Notes under the pieces: model-generated | The model's database searches: none | What the model saw: the letters and a program-made list of their open reading frames with translations, nothing else | Told to the model about the DNA's origin: nothing | Shown: in pieces, positions 1 to 9,461 of the stretch | How positions within the stretch are numbered: the stretch's first letter is position 1 | Layout of the letters: every line of letters begins with the position of its first letter | Origin: Candidatus Kaiserbacteria bacterium | Lineage (GTDB): Bacteria; Patescibacteriota; Minisyncoccia; Phycocordibacterales; UBA2100 | Direction: 5' to 3' | Length of the DNA: 64,000 nt | Assembly: GCA_028286585.1 (NCBI GenBank) | Contig: JAQBRI010000006.1 | Coordinates: forward strand, 16,558-80,557 | Program-made: the position numbers and the translations under genes

Positions 1-265
1 GCGCATCGGCAATAGCGATAATTATTACAAAAATCCCAAAGGCACCCAAAATCCATGAACGTTTTGGACGATATCGTGCATCAACTAATGCAAGTGCGAT
101 CCAGGCTCCTGTAATTACCTCGACAATGACTCGAAATGCAAAATTTTTGCCGGTGATGTAGGGAAAGAACATTGACGAAGCTACTATTGTCGGAATAAAC
201 GGAAGAAGGAAAATACCAGTAATTACGATCCATCGAAGCACTGTTTCAAGATGTTTGGTGTTCAT
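1..265 (-). CDS. N-terminal part of a polytopic membrane protein (O-antigen ligase/polymerase-like); gene continues beyond the window edge
   Basis: Own translation of the minus strand from ATG at 263-265: MNTKHLETVLRWIVITGIFLLPFIPTIVASSMFFPYITGKNFAFRVIVEV..., hydrophobic helices; not in the ORF track because it is truncated. Confidence 0.4.
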   Translation of the reverse strand, partial: MNTKHLETVLRWIVITGIFLLPFIPTIVASSMFFPYITGKNFAFRVIVEVITGAWIALALVDARYRPKRSWILGAFGIFVIIIAIADA

Positions 266-284
266 ATCGAGGATTGTAGCATCT

Positions 285-998
285 TTATTTCACTTTGTGA
301 GCCCAAACAATAATGCCTGGAAAAAGCATTTCCCGGGTCTTTTTTGGTACAGTGTCAAGGTATGGCGACATTGCAAACTCCCACTCGACGATTTGTTGAG
401 CAAGGGCCGTCACATTCTCATTGTTCATATCCACCATTTTTAAAAGTTTTTTATGGTTCGGCATTTGGTGATACGTGATGCGGTCTACCTTTGCTCCATT
501 TTGCTCCATCAGTGCAACAACCTTTTGCGGATCAAGATAGCAAACATATTTGTGTTCAGACAAAATCGAAGGAAATGTATTACCAAGCCACACCTGTAAC
601 CGCTCTTTCCAATTTGACGGATAAAGCGCATGACCCAAATCGTAATGATGCACTATTAAACCGCCTGGCTTAACCGCATCAATACTCTGCTTAAGAAATC
701 GCTCAAGTTGACGCACATGCTCGAGTGTACTCAGCGAAAAACAGGCATCGTATGAACCGTCAGCTCCTATTTCGTAACCAAACGTATTCACAAGTTCTAC
801 ATTTGGAAGGGACCCAATATTTTCAACAGCTTTATTATATGAAGGGGCGTACGGTTCAATACCATGGTAACTAATAGATGGTCTTGCGTGAACAAAGGGC
901 GCAATCGATTCTGCTCTTCCACATCCGAGCTCAATAATTCGAGGAGTCGATGAGTCCATCGCTTCAAGAATTTTTTTTACGTATATATGCTTGAACAT
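285..998 (-). CDS. class I SAM-dependent methyltransferase
   Basis: Motif I IELGCGRA, motif post-I, VKPGGLIV; 237 aa. Confidence 0.75.
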   Translation of the reverse strand: MFKHIYVKKILEAMDSSTPRIIELGCGRAESIAPFVHARPSISYHGIEPYAPSYNKAVENIGSLPNVELVNTFGYEIGADGSYDACFSLSTLEHVRQLERFLKQSIDAVKPGGLIVHHYDLGHALYPSNWKERLQVWLGNTFPSILSEHKYVCYLDPQKVVALMEQNGAKVDRITYHQMPNHKKLLKMVDMNNENVTALAQQIVEWEFAMSPYLDTVPKKTREMLFPGIIVWAHKVK

Positions 999-1004
999 AG
1001 GTAA

Positions 1005-1628
1005 TTATTTTTTTGCGATTAAAAAATCATTCATAAAAAGTTCAAAATGCTGAGCCCTGCATTCGCTAAATCCAACACTCTTTGACATGTCTCGCAATTC
1101 CGCCAAATTATAATAATGCTTATGGTCGTCAATTTCGGCAGTATCTATTATTTTAAGCACGTGCGCCATGAATTCCAGTACGGGCTTCGAATACGGCGAT
1201 GGGGTCGTGAGCAATAGAACTCCTCCTGGCTTGAGCACCCGATATATGTCAGACATATAGCCGCGGGCATTATAGAGGTGTTCCAATACCGCAAGAGAGA
1301 TCACGCAGTCGGCCGACGAGTCTGCGAGACTCGATACTCCACTCTCAAAATCGCTTTCGATGAGTCTGATATTTGGCAACTGTTCATTGGTTATCGACAA
1401 ATCAAGACCTACGCCCCGCCGTGTGTATTTTCGTGCAATCAAGTATTGCAAACCTTCTGCCCGATATCCGCAGCCGTAGTCCGCGATCACCTGCGTCTCA
1501 TTTGGTATATGCGGAATGATCTGAGAAAAACGCTTGTCAAAAATCAGCTGGTCGAGCCAGCTTCGCTTCATTTCTCCAAATGCATGTTTTCGTGCCATCA
1601 TAAAAATTTTATTCTTAGTAACGTCCAT
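1005..1628 (-). CDS. class I SAM-dependent methyltransferase
   Basis: DYGCGYRA (motif I), VLKPGGVLLL; 207 aa. Confidence 0.75.
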   Translation of the reverse strand: MDVTKNKIFMMARKHAFGEMKRSWLDQLIFDKRFSQIIPHIPNETQVIADYGCGYRAEGLQYLIARKYTRRGVGLDLSITNEQLPNIRLIESDFESGVSSLADSSADCVISLAVLEHLYNARGYMSDIYRVLKPGGVLLLTTPSPYSKPVLEFMAHVLKIIDTAEIDDHKHYYNLAELRDMSKSVGFSECRAQHFELFMNDFLIAKK

Positions 1629-2290
1629 ACTGCTTCAAACCAATCTTTGTAATTAATCTTCTTTCCTTCTGCTGCCGTTCGAGGAAAATATGCGATCGGA
1701 ATTTCAGGAATCTGAATTCCATTCTTTGCCGCGTACGCGGTTACTTCGGGACAAAACTCAAATCGTTTACACGTAAGCGGCCAAGAGCGCAAAAGGCTCC
1801 CTTGAAACATTTTATAGCACGTTGGTTCATCCGTAAGATGCTGCTGGAAAAGAATGTTGGTAATCACCGTCAAAATATATCCTCCGATGAAAAAAATAAA
1901 ACCGGAATGATGTACTTTGGGACGATCGCGGCGTCGCGATCCATATAGCACGGAAAGATTATTATCAATCATATGAGAGAGCATTCTCGCCAAGTCGTGC
2001 GGACCGTATTCTAAATCAGCGTCCTGAATGACCACATACTTCCCTGTTGATTTTGCCAGTCCCGTGCGAATGGCCGCACCTTTACCTTCGTTTCGATCTT
2101 TCAGAATTGTGATGTATCGCGGTGGCAAATTCCGAATTATTTCTCGTGAACCGTCGGTTGATCCGTCATCGACAATGACAATCTCCGCAATATAGTTATG
2201 CGGCCACTGGACTTGCTCTAGTTTTCCAAGAATTGTGGGGATTGTCTTTTCCTCATTATACACCGGTATGATGATGGATATTGTAGACAT
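1598..2290 (-). CDS. GT2 family polyprenyl-phosphate glycosyltransferase (GtrB/DPM1/ArnC-like)
   Basis: IIIPVYNEE...VIVDDGSTDGS...QDADLEY (DxD) GT-A fold signature; C-terminal TM helices typical of GtrB. Confidence 0.8.
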   Translation of the reverse strand: MSTISIIIPVYNEEKTIPTILGKLEQVQWPHNYIAEIVIVDDGSTDGSREIIRNLPPRYITILKDRNEGKGAAIRTGLAKSTGKYVVIQDADLEYGPHDLARMLSHMIDNNLSVLYGSRRRDRPKVHHSGFIFFIGGYILTVITNILFQQHLTDEPTCYKMFQGSLLRSWPLTCKRFEFCPEVTAYAAKNGIQIPEIPIAYFPRTAAEGKKINYKDWFEAVWTLLRIKFL

Positions 2291-2291
2291 G

Positions 2292-3824
2292 TTAGTTTCC
2301 CAGTATAAGTGTGAATAATTTTGATGTAAAGCTCCAAAGAAAGTCAGTGAGTGCGTACAGTATCAAACAGACCACCAGTATTCGGCCTCCATACCGGCGC
2401 TCGATGTGCAGCAATCCATATACGGACAAAATGAAAAAAGGAAGTATTGCCGGAAAGAACAAGCGCGACGAGACATACCCCCACACAAATGCCGCTGGTA
2501 ACGCAAGAGTTAACACAATCACCTCTTTCTTTTGAAATGCACTCATTCCTTTCACATACAGAAGCCCAATCAGTGCATACACCCAACCGAGCAGGAGTGT
2601 TGCAAAAAAACTTTTTCCAACGTAATACACCGTAAACTGACTGTATGCCCCTTCGCTGGACGATCCAATCTTCAGCCAGTCGAGATACGTATAGTCGTAC
2701 AAAGCATATGTAATTGCTGTCCATATGGCGAGAAATACAATCGGTATCAATGTCACCAATAACAGATGAAAGGCATATTTACTAACGTTTTTATAGGTCT
2801 TGCTGAGAACGATCAAAAACAATGCTACTCCGATAAGCACTGTATATTCTTTCCATAAAAATCCCACAAGAATAAATGACAAGCTTGTTATGAGCGATGA
2901 GGTGCTTTCATTCCTGTTATATGCAACAGCATATGTTGCCGACATAAATACAAAAAATAAAATCCCTAGCTCCGTAAGTGGATCCAATCCGTACTTCAAC
3001 ACGGGATAGCTGGTAATGACAAGCAGCATTCCAAGATAGCTGGCAGTTTTATTACGATCAAAAAAGACATAGAAAAAATAGAGTGCCGCAAACGCGAGCA
3101 TACAGTATGTAATGCCATTTAATATTATGAATGCATCAAGATAAGGAATGTTGTTGATCTTGTGAATGCCGGCAAGTGAGAGCGGTGCGAGCGGCTTCAA
3201 CAGCCGAAATCCGGGAGCTGTAGCTACTTCGCCCCCATAATACTGCGCTGTTTGAATATACGTGGTTGTATCTGTACTCACTTCGGGTGACGTACTTATC
3301 GAATGAATTATAAAAAACGATGCAGCGCATAATGCAGTTATAAAGAACATTTTCCAAATCTCACTTTCCTCGGCTCCTTTGTTAAATACGAATTGCTTAT
3401 TAACAATAAAGCTTACCAGTGCCGAAGATCCCGCAGCAATGATATACGCCACAAAATGCGGAATCGCGAGAAATGTTGAAAGCGCGTAAAGTAGGAACAA
3501 TACCAAGACTAAATTTCCAGAGGATGCGCACAAGTACAATATGACTTGTTTATGCGCACTCTGTGTACGATTTTCTACAAACGACCAATTGCGATGAAGA
3601 TAAAATGCAAATATGAATGCAGCCAAAAAGGCTAACACTCCCGACAAGAGATAATCGACCCCAAGTACGCTGTTTAAAACGTAATAGCAGGCAAAATTCA
3701 ATATTGCAGCCGAAAAACCAGAAACGAAAAATCTTTGAAATGACACGAACCAGGTAGGCATACGCTTATTCATACAAGATATTTTGTTGCATAGTAGCAC
3801 GGCGAGTACCCGATACATAGACAA
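2292..3824 (-). CDS. GtrA-family domain fused to a large polytopic membrane glycosyltransferase (GT39/GT83 ArnT/PMT-like)
   Basis: N-terminus FFVSGFSAAILNFACYYVLNSVLGVDYLLSGVLAFLAAFIFAFYLHRNWSF = GtrA-like; remaining ~400 aa multi-TM; adjacent to a GtrB-like GT2. Confidence 0.55.
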   Translation of the reverse strand: MSMYRVLAVLLCNKISCMNKRMPTWFVSFQRFFVSGFSAAILNFACYYVLNSVLGVDYLLSGVLAFLAAFIFAFYLHRNWSFVENRTQSAHKQVILYLCASSGNLVLVLFLLYALSTFLAIPHFVAYIIAAGSSALVSFIVNKQFVFNKGAEESEIWKMFFITALCAASFFIIHSISTSPEVSTDTTTYIQTAQYYGGEVATAPGFRLLKPLAPLSLAGIHKINNIPYLDAFIILNGITYCMLAFAALYFFYVFFDRNKTASYLGMLLVITSYPVLKYGLDPLTELGILFFVFMSATYAVAYNRNESTSSLITSLSFILVGFLWKEYTVLIGVALFLIVLSKTYKNVSKYAFHLLLVTLIPIVFLAIWTAITYALYDYTYLDWLKIGSSSEGAYSQFTVYYVGKSFFATLLLGWVYALIGLLYVKGMSAFQKKEVIVLTLALPAAFVWGYVSSRLFFPAILPFFILSVYGLLHIERRYGGRILVVCLILYALTDFLWSFTSKLFTLILGN

Positions 3825-3867
3825 AAGAATGGCGGGACAATAACGTTAAGTGGTACACTGAGGCATA

Positions 3868-5139
3868 ATGTGGCCACAACTCTATAACCGAATCGAGCGT
3901 TTTAAGCTGGTATCAGGAGCCTATAATCTTAAGAGCTTTGCAAAAGATGCTTCATGGACCACGGTTTCCTCGGTTATTATTACAGCTTCCAATTTCGCAC
4001 TCGTCTATATTCTGGCGAATCTCATGTCACCAAACGAGTACGGACAATTCAAACTCATTGGCACGTGGCTAGCAATTGCAATTGGTTTTGGATTTTCTGG
4101 ATACAACTACATGATTCCACAGCAAATAGCGAGAAATCAATATGTCGACCTGAACCGCGCAATTAGATATACGTTCGTCAAAAGTATTCCGGCTGCAATT
4201 GCCCTCTTTTGTTTTGCTTTGTATTATTTGGCAGCAGCAAACATTCACCTTGGCTTTGGATTCGTACTCGCAGCAAGCACCATACCGTTTGTATGTGCAG
4301 CTGCCATTATCAATTCATATTACCTGGGTAAACGTGATTTTCCTCGAATGGCGATAACGCAAAATTCTGTAGATATTTTTCAGATTGCATGTGTTGCTGC
4401 TGTAGCCTATATATCAGGAAATTTTTTATTGATTATTTCAATATTTTTTATAGCAACAATTATTGGAAACATTGCAATCATTCTATATACCCTCAAGAGA
4501 CACGTAATAAGCGGATTGCCATCGAATTCATCGCTCGAGGATGTCCAGCAAAAAAATGCGGCGAAAAAAATAAATATCGCTAGTATTGTTCTTGGATTCA
4601 CTACACAGGCAGACAAATTGCTCATTTTCCACTTTATGGGAGGAGTTGAGCTGGCGATTTACTCAATCGTTACAGCAATTTCCGACCAGGCTCGCGTACC
4701 TACAAAAATATTTGGTGCAGTGCTCTTGCCGCGTATGGCATCTGATAACACGTCATTCAAAAGAATGCTTTTTATATTTGTCGCACTGATGATATTCTGC
4801 GCATTCCTGAGTGTATGTCTTCTCTTTATCTACCCTATTCTGTTTGAATATGTGTTCCCAAAATATATCGACTCCGTATACCTAGCCGACGTATCAACAC
4901 TTACGGTACTTTTTGCACCGGTATCTTTTTTAACCAATTACGTGCAGTCAAAAAATGACCTTAAAACCCTGACGCAGTTTGCATATCTCAATTCTTTTTT
5001 ACAAATCATTTTTTACTCGATTGCAGCATACCTTGGTTCGATAGTTCTATTCTTGATATTTCGCGCATTGCTTAGTCTGATAAACTCAGTACTCTTGCTA
5101 TTTCGATTGAGCAAAAACACTAACCTTTCTTCTTCATAA
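3868..5139 (+). CDS. Wzx-like polysaccharide flippase (MOP superfamily)
   Basis: 423 aa, about 12 predicted TM helices, typical polysaccharide biosynthesis protein architecture; divergent from the glycosyltransferases. Confidence 0.65.
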   Translation: MWPQLYNRIERFKLVSGAYNLKSFAKDASWTTVSSVIITASNFALVYILANLMSPNEYGQFKLIGTWLAIAIGFGFSGYNYMIPQQIARNQYVDLNRAIRYTFVKSIPAAIALFCFALYYLAAANIHLGFGFVLAASTIPFVCAAAIINSYYLGKRDFPRMAITQNSVDIFQIACVAAVAYISGNFLLIISIFFIATIIGNIAIILYTLKRHVISGLPSNSSLEDVQQKNAAKKINIASIVLGFTTQADKLLIFHFMGGVELAIYSIVTAISDQARVPTKIFGAVLLPRMASDNTSFKRMLFIFVALMIFCAFLSVCLLFIYPILFEYVFPKYIDSVYLADVSTLTVLFAPVSFLTNYVQSKNDLKTLTQFAYLNSFLQIIFYSIAAYLGSIVLFLIFRALLSLINSVLLLFRLSKNTNLSSS

Positions 5140-5761
5140 TCCAGATATATCCTAACGGGATCTTTGCTGCAAACCGCTGATATGCCGGCATTATCAATAA
5201 CAGCTTATCTATCGCAGTCATACAATATCTTATGCTGTTGTAAACAGCATCAAAATAAAAAATATTATGGATCGCGAGTGTCTGAAACACGAGCGAAAAG
5301 AAACCGTATCCGAGTTCTTCGATGTATACAATTTCGAACCCATACTTTTCTGCCAGTTTAATGTACGTGCTCTTGGTGTAGCGATGATAATCATCCGGCG
5401 AACCATGAATATGGTGCATGAAAGGCACGGTTGAAAGAAAAAGTCCACCAGGTTTGAGTACTCGAGAAACTTCGGCAAACACGTTGTGATAATTAAAAAT
5501 ATGCTCTAACACGTTCATTGTTACAACATTGTCATAGCTTGCACTTTCAAGCGGAAACTGTTTTTCTATATCAAATAGAATATCAGCGCCAGGATGACTG
5601 TCTCCATAGTTAACCACCGTCCAAGTATGACTCCCCCGTATAAGCTCGTGATATCCCGATTTATGACTGCCTCCCAAATCAAGAATACTGCCGTTAAGCT
5701 CAATGTGTCTTAATTTTTCATATTCATGCGTTCGAATAACTGATCCTTTTCCAGTACTCAT
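5120..5761 (-). CDS. class I SAM-dependent methyltransferase
   Basis: ILDLGGS (motif I), VLKPGGLFL. Confidence 0.7.
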   Translation of the reverse strand: MSTGKGSVIRTHEYEKLRHIELNGSILDLGGSHKSGYHELIRGSHTWTVVNYGDSHPGADILFDIEKQFPLESASYDNVVTMNVLEHIFNYHNVFAEVSRVLKPGGLFLSTVPFMHHIHGSPDDYHRYTKSTYIKLAEKYGFEIVYIEELGYGFFSLVFQTLAIHNIFYFDAVYNSIRYCMTAIDKLLLIMPAYQRFAAKIPLGYIWIMKKKG

Positions 5762-6558
5762 ATAGTGTTATTAATCTTACCAAATATAATATATCGCTTT
5801 GAATTCAATGTCTTGGTTTTCATATCTTCAAGTCGAAGTGAGTGAACCAGTGGTTGAAGCGGTATGGTTGCTAAATCGTCATGCATTTCTCCAGTGATCA
5901 TCCGTGTTCGAGTGGGTAATTTTGGATCTTCTAGCAGAACCGTTTCGGATCCTTCAATATCGAATTTTATGATATCAAAACAATCAACTCCATATTTTTT
6001 CAACATCGACTCAAGAGTTATGGACTTAACAGTTACACTCCCACTCTTCACATTGCGTTGAATTACTGAGAATCCAAGATGTGTGTCACTCTCATACAAT
6101 TCTATAGTCCCATCGACTGAGCTTAATGCGGCGGATGTGCAGCGGATGTTATCAAATTGTTTAGCATTCTTACACAACTGCAGAAAAATCCGAGGATTTG
6201 GCTCGATTGCGTAAATTGTCGCGTCGGGAAAATGTATTGCATAAAAAATCGCAGTGTCCCCTATATTTGCCCCAAGATCGAGAATATTTTTTATATTGTC
6301 TCCATATTCAAATTGATACTCCTGATTTACGAAGATGTCGGCAAGTACGGCAATATCAATTCGTTGCCGAATATGAAAAGTGAATTTTCTTTTTTTATAG
6401 ACAAGCTGTATTGCGATAGGTGCGGTTCTCACGATATTGAGATAGCAGATAGCAAAACAAAATGTAACATATAACCAATAGTGACGGAATATACTCCCTC
6501 CATCAAATGTCTGGGCAAGCAAAAAATTTGATCTCAAAAAATGAGTCAATCTTTTCAT
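5758..6558 (-). CDS. FkbM-family methyltransferase (start revised to internal MKRL at 6558)
   Basis: ILDLGANIGDTAIFYA...IYAIEPNP FkbM signature; the track ORF start at 6750 overlaps the upstream gene by 190 nt, whereas Met at 6558 abuts its stop. Confidence 0.7.
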   Translation of the reverse strand: MKRLTHFLRSNFLLAQTFDGGSIFRHYWLYVTFCFAICYLNIVRTAPIAIQLVYKKRKFTFHIRQRIDIAVLADIFVNQEYQFEYGDNIKNILDLGANIGDTAIFYAIHFPDATIYAIEPNPRIFLQLCKNAKQFDNIRCTSAALSSVDGTIELYESDTHLGFSVIQRNVKSGSVTVKSITLESMLKKYGVDCFDIIKFDIEGSETVLLEDPKLPTRTRMITGEMHDDLATIPLQPLVHSLRLEDMKTKTLNSKRYIIFGKINNTI

Positions 6559-6560
6559 AT

Positions 6561-7364
6561 TTATGGGGTCATCGGTTTTCTTGCGACAGCAACAAGTACA
6601 TCCTTGAGCAATGGGTGAATGAATCGAAGAAGCACTTTTTTTATAACAGTCTTTGTCTTTTGCCAGGTTGTTCGCTGAATTTTCAGTTTTGCATTCATTA
6701 TCGACGGATGCGTACAAGTGTCGAGATTTACCAGTTTGTGAGTACAGCACGAAAGAGAATCATTGGGTGAGAAAAAAGTCATCGAGTGCACTGAGTGCAC
6801 CTGTATGTCATCAAATTCAAATTCCGATAATAGTTTAGTCATCGCAAAAATCGAAAACGGGCGTATGTGCGTATAGTCATTATAAAAATAGATGTCTGAA
6901 AAAGGGGTAAATGCCCGGACCCAATTTGGTGTTTCGATATAAATAGTACCCCCCGGCTTAAGAACACTTCGATGAGAACTGATCATGTCGATTGGAAAGG
7001 TTAAATGTTCGATTACATGCATCTGTATGATGGCATCAAAAAAATTCTCCTCGTACAATTTGTCCACATCGTCAACAGAGCCAATTTTAAATTGCACCCC
7101 CTCTGGTAAATATTGACTCGTGTCGGTAATATCAATCGCGTACATCGTAACGTCGGGCCGGAGAGACAGAACCATTTTGGTTGCTTTGCCGTTACCGCAG
7201 CCTGAATCGAGTACCACAGCGTTTTGTGGAAGCACTTCAATAAAATTGATGAGTCGGGATCGAAACGTGTTTTTGCATGTTTGCAACGTTTGTTCTCGTG
7301 AGGCAATCTGTGAGTCCGGATTCTTACCAAAGTAATCGGCAGGAAATGATGTATATGTCTGCAT
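6561..7364 (-). CDS. class I SAM-dependent methyltransferase
   Basis: VVLDSGCGNGKAT (motif I), VLKPGGTIYIETPNW. Confidence 0.7.
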   Translation of the reverse strand: MQTYTSFPADYFGKNPDSQIASREQTLQTCKNTFRSRLINFIEVLPQNAVVLDSGCGNGKATKMVLSLRPDVTMYAIDITDTSQYLPEGVQFKIGSVDDVDKLYEENFFDAIIQMHVIEHLTFPIDMISSHRSVLKPGGTIYIETPNWVRAFTPFSDIYFYNDYTHIRPFSIFAMTKLLSEFEFDDIQVHSVHSMTFFSPNDSLSCCTHKLVNLDTCTHPSIMNAKLKIQRTTWQKTKTVIKKVLLRFIHPLLKDVLVAVARKPMTP

Positions 7365-7406
7365 ATGGGCACAATTCTAGCATAGAATAATTGGTTTGAT
7401 CGTAAT

Positions 7407-8435
7407 GTGTTAGTATTCGGTATGACCGGCATAAAAAAGCCAAAAAGAGGCCTATATATAGCAAATGGAGCTATTGGGGACTTTTTAATGACGATAAGTG
7501 TTTTTAAAGCCATTCACACTGTAGACCCCCAATCGCATCTCTTGGTGCTCACTTCACGAAATCTTAAACTACTTACAGATATTGCAAAACAATACCCGTT
7601 TGTGCAGCTATTTAATATCAATGACCCGCTAACATATCTTCCTAAACTCCTTTCATACGAGAAAACATATATTTTTTCTCCATATCCATTCGGCCGGGAA
7701 AATATAAAAGTTCAATTTTACAAAGTCATACTGCAAATTCTCACTCTTGGTACCATTATTCGATTCTCGAAAAATCCTCAATCGAGAACTTTTTTTGATC
7801 TGGAGGATACGTATTTCATAAACCAGGGTAAAATTTCATATTATTTTATAGGTCAGGCAATAGATAAAACTCCGCCACGTTATGATTATTTACCCGATGA
7901 TCGCATATTCCATAATGTAGGGGTGACGCCTCAGCACTATATTGTGATGCACATATTTGCATCCAATCCAATACGAAGTCTGCCAGAAAAACGATGGGTG
8001 GAAATTGTGCAAGAACTAAAGCAGACATATCCAAATATTCCAGTAATTTTATCTGGAAGTTCCGATGATTACCAAAAAAACAGGGAATTTTTAGATTCAC
8101 TGCACTGCATTCCATGTTTTGAGACAACCTGGGCAGAGCGCTGCACCATGATAGATAACTGTTCGCTCTTTATAGGAGTGGACACCGGTATAACACATCT
8201 CGCGTCATTATTACAAAAAAAGATCGTAGAGATAGGCAACCTATCCAATCCAACATGGCTAGTCACATATAACCCGAATGCAATTGTTTTGTTTTCAAAA
8301 AAGGACTGTATCTGTAAAGGGAACAAGCTTAGTCAGTGTTTTAGCGAAGTAGACGGTAAACAGTATTTTCGCTGCATGCTCAATGTTACTAACAAGGAAA
8401 TCCTTGACGCGGCATCAATACTGCTAAAGAATTAG
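7407..8435 (+). CDS. GT9 family glycosyltransferase (heptosyltransferase-like)
   Basis: N-terminal GAIGDFLMTISVFKAIH and C-terminal IGVDTGITHLASLL resemble the GT9 ADP-heptose:LPS heptosyltransferase signatures; converges on the heptose-nucleotide genes. Confidence 0.65.
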   Translation: MLVFGMTGIKKPKRGLYIANGAIGDFLMTISVFKAIHTVDPQSHLLVLTSRNLKLLTDIAKQYPFVQLFNINDPLTYLPKLLSYEKTYIFSPYPFGRENIKVQFYKVILQILTLGTIIRFSKNPQSRTFFDLEDTYFINQGKISYYFIGQAIDKTPPRYDYLPDDRIFHNVGVTPQHYIVMHIFASNPIRSLPEKRWVEIVQELKQTYPNIPVILSGSSDDYQKNREFLDSLHCIPCFETTWAERCTMIDNCSLFIGVDTGITHLASLLQKKIVEIGNLSNPTWLVTYNPNAIVLFSKKDCICKGNKLSQCFSEVDGKQYFRCMLNVTNKEILDAASILLKN

Positions 8436-8463
8436 GATACGTATATGTCACGGTACAAAAAAA

Positions 8464-9456
8464 CTATTGGATACTATTCAAAATCTCCTTAAACGAGGTA
8501 ACAACGACATGTGGTGATCGTATTGAATGCACATGCTTTTCCAACTTTCCCATAAAAATCGTCCTCATATTTGATGTTTTGCCTGCTTCTATATCGGTCA
8601 ACTTGTCACCAACAATCCACGATTTACCGAGTGCAATGTTATATTTTTTTGCCGCCTCCAGCAGTAAGCCGTTTTTTGGCTTACGACATTCGCATCCATC
8701 CTCATCCTGGTGCGGACAGACTAAAAATTCCGTAATAGTAATTCCCTTCTTCTTACATTCTCGATCAATATGCGCGTGCACAGCTTTAACTGCCGCGTTG
8801 GAGTACATTCCGCGTGCAATACCTGATTGATTCGTAATAACAAAAAGCTTATATTTTTCTCCCAGTTTTTTTAACGTCTCAAATACCCCATCTAGAAAAA
8901 CGACATCACCTACTTTATGTAGATATCCAGTGTCTTTTATAAGTACACCATCACGATCAAAAAATATTGCCTGGCTTGCCGGTTTCTCATTATTGACTCT
9001 CTCCAAGATAGAACTGGTAGTTTCAGACAAACTTTTATGAATCTTGATTTTTCCTCCCCACTCTTTTAAAAAGTCGGTTTCTATACTTAACTTTCCCCAA
9101 TCACTGCCATTTACGAAGATGTCGGGCTTGATACGAGTGAGCGGTAAAATACACGTTAGCTCGTCAAATATGCAAACATAATCTACATAGATAAGCGCTG
9201 CGAGTAATTCGGCACGATCTTTTTCCAGTATGATCGGTCTGCCATTGCCCTTATATGACCGTATTGATGCATCGCTGTTTAACAGCACAATAAGTATATC
9301 TCCCTTATTCTTTGCAGCTTTAATGAGTCCAAGGTGCCCAGAATGGAACATATCGAAGCTCCCACTTAACACAACGATACTTTTTTTATTTTTTCGCAGG
9401 CGAGTGACCTCCTGTAAAAGTTTTTTGAGGGGTACAATTTTGTTGGATATCAACAT
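8464..9456 (-). CDS. bifunctional heptose 1-phosphate adenylyltransferase (HldC/RfaE domain II-like) fused to D,D-heptose 1,7-bisphosphate phosphatase (GmhB, HAD)
   Basis: N-terminal half VLSGSFDMFHSGHLGLIKAAKNKGDILIVLLNSDASIRSYKG (HxGH nucleotidyltransferase). C-terminal half FFDRDGVLI...CPHQDEDGCECRKPKNGLL...IVGDKLTDIEAG (HAD motifs I-III plus the GmhB Zn-binding Cx(n)CxC). Confidence 0.75.
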   Translation of the reverse strand: MLISNKIVPLKKLLQEVTRLRKNKKSIVVLSGSFDMFHSGHLGLIKAAKNKGDILIVLLNSDASIRSYKGNGRPIILEKDRAELLAALIYVDYVCIFDELTCILPLTRIKPDIFVNGSDWGKLSIETDFLKEWGGKIKIHKSLSETTSSILERVNNEKPASQAIFFDRDGVLIKDTGYLHKVGDVVFLDGVFETLKKLGEKYKLFVITNQSGIARGMYSNAAVKAVHAHIDRECKKKGITITEFLVCPHQDEDGCECRKPKNGLLLEAAKKYNIALGKSWIVGDKLTDIEAGKTSNMRTIFMGKLEKHVHSIRSPHVVVTSFKEILNSIQ

Positions 9457-9461
9457 AGTGG

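Noticed and set aside
7013-7513. 166-aa minus-strand ORF
   Set aside because: Overlaps the well-supported methyltransferase (6561-7364) and the 5' end of the GT9 gene on the opposite strand; no motif; looks like a shadow ORF
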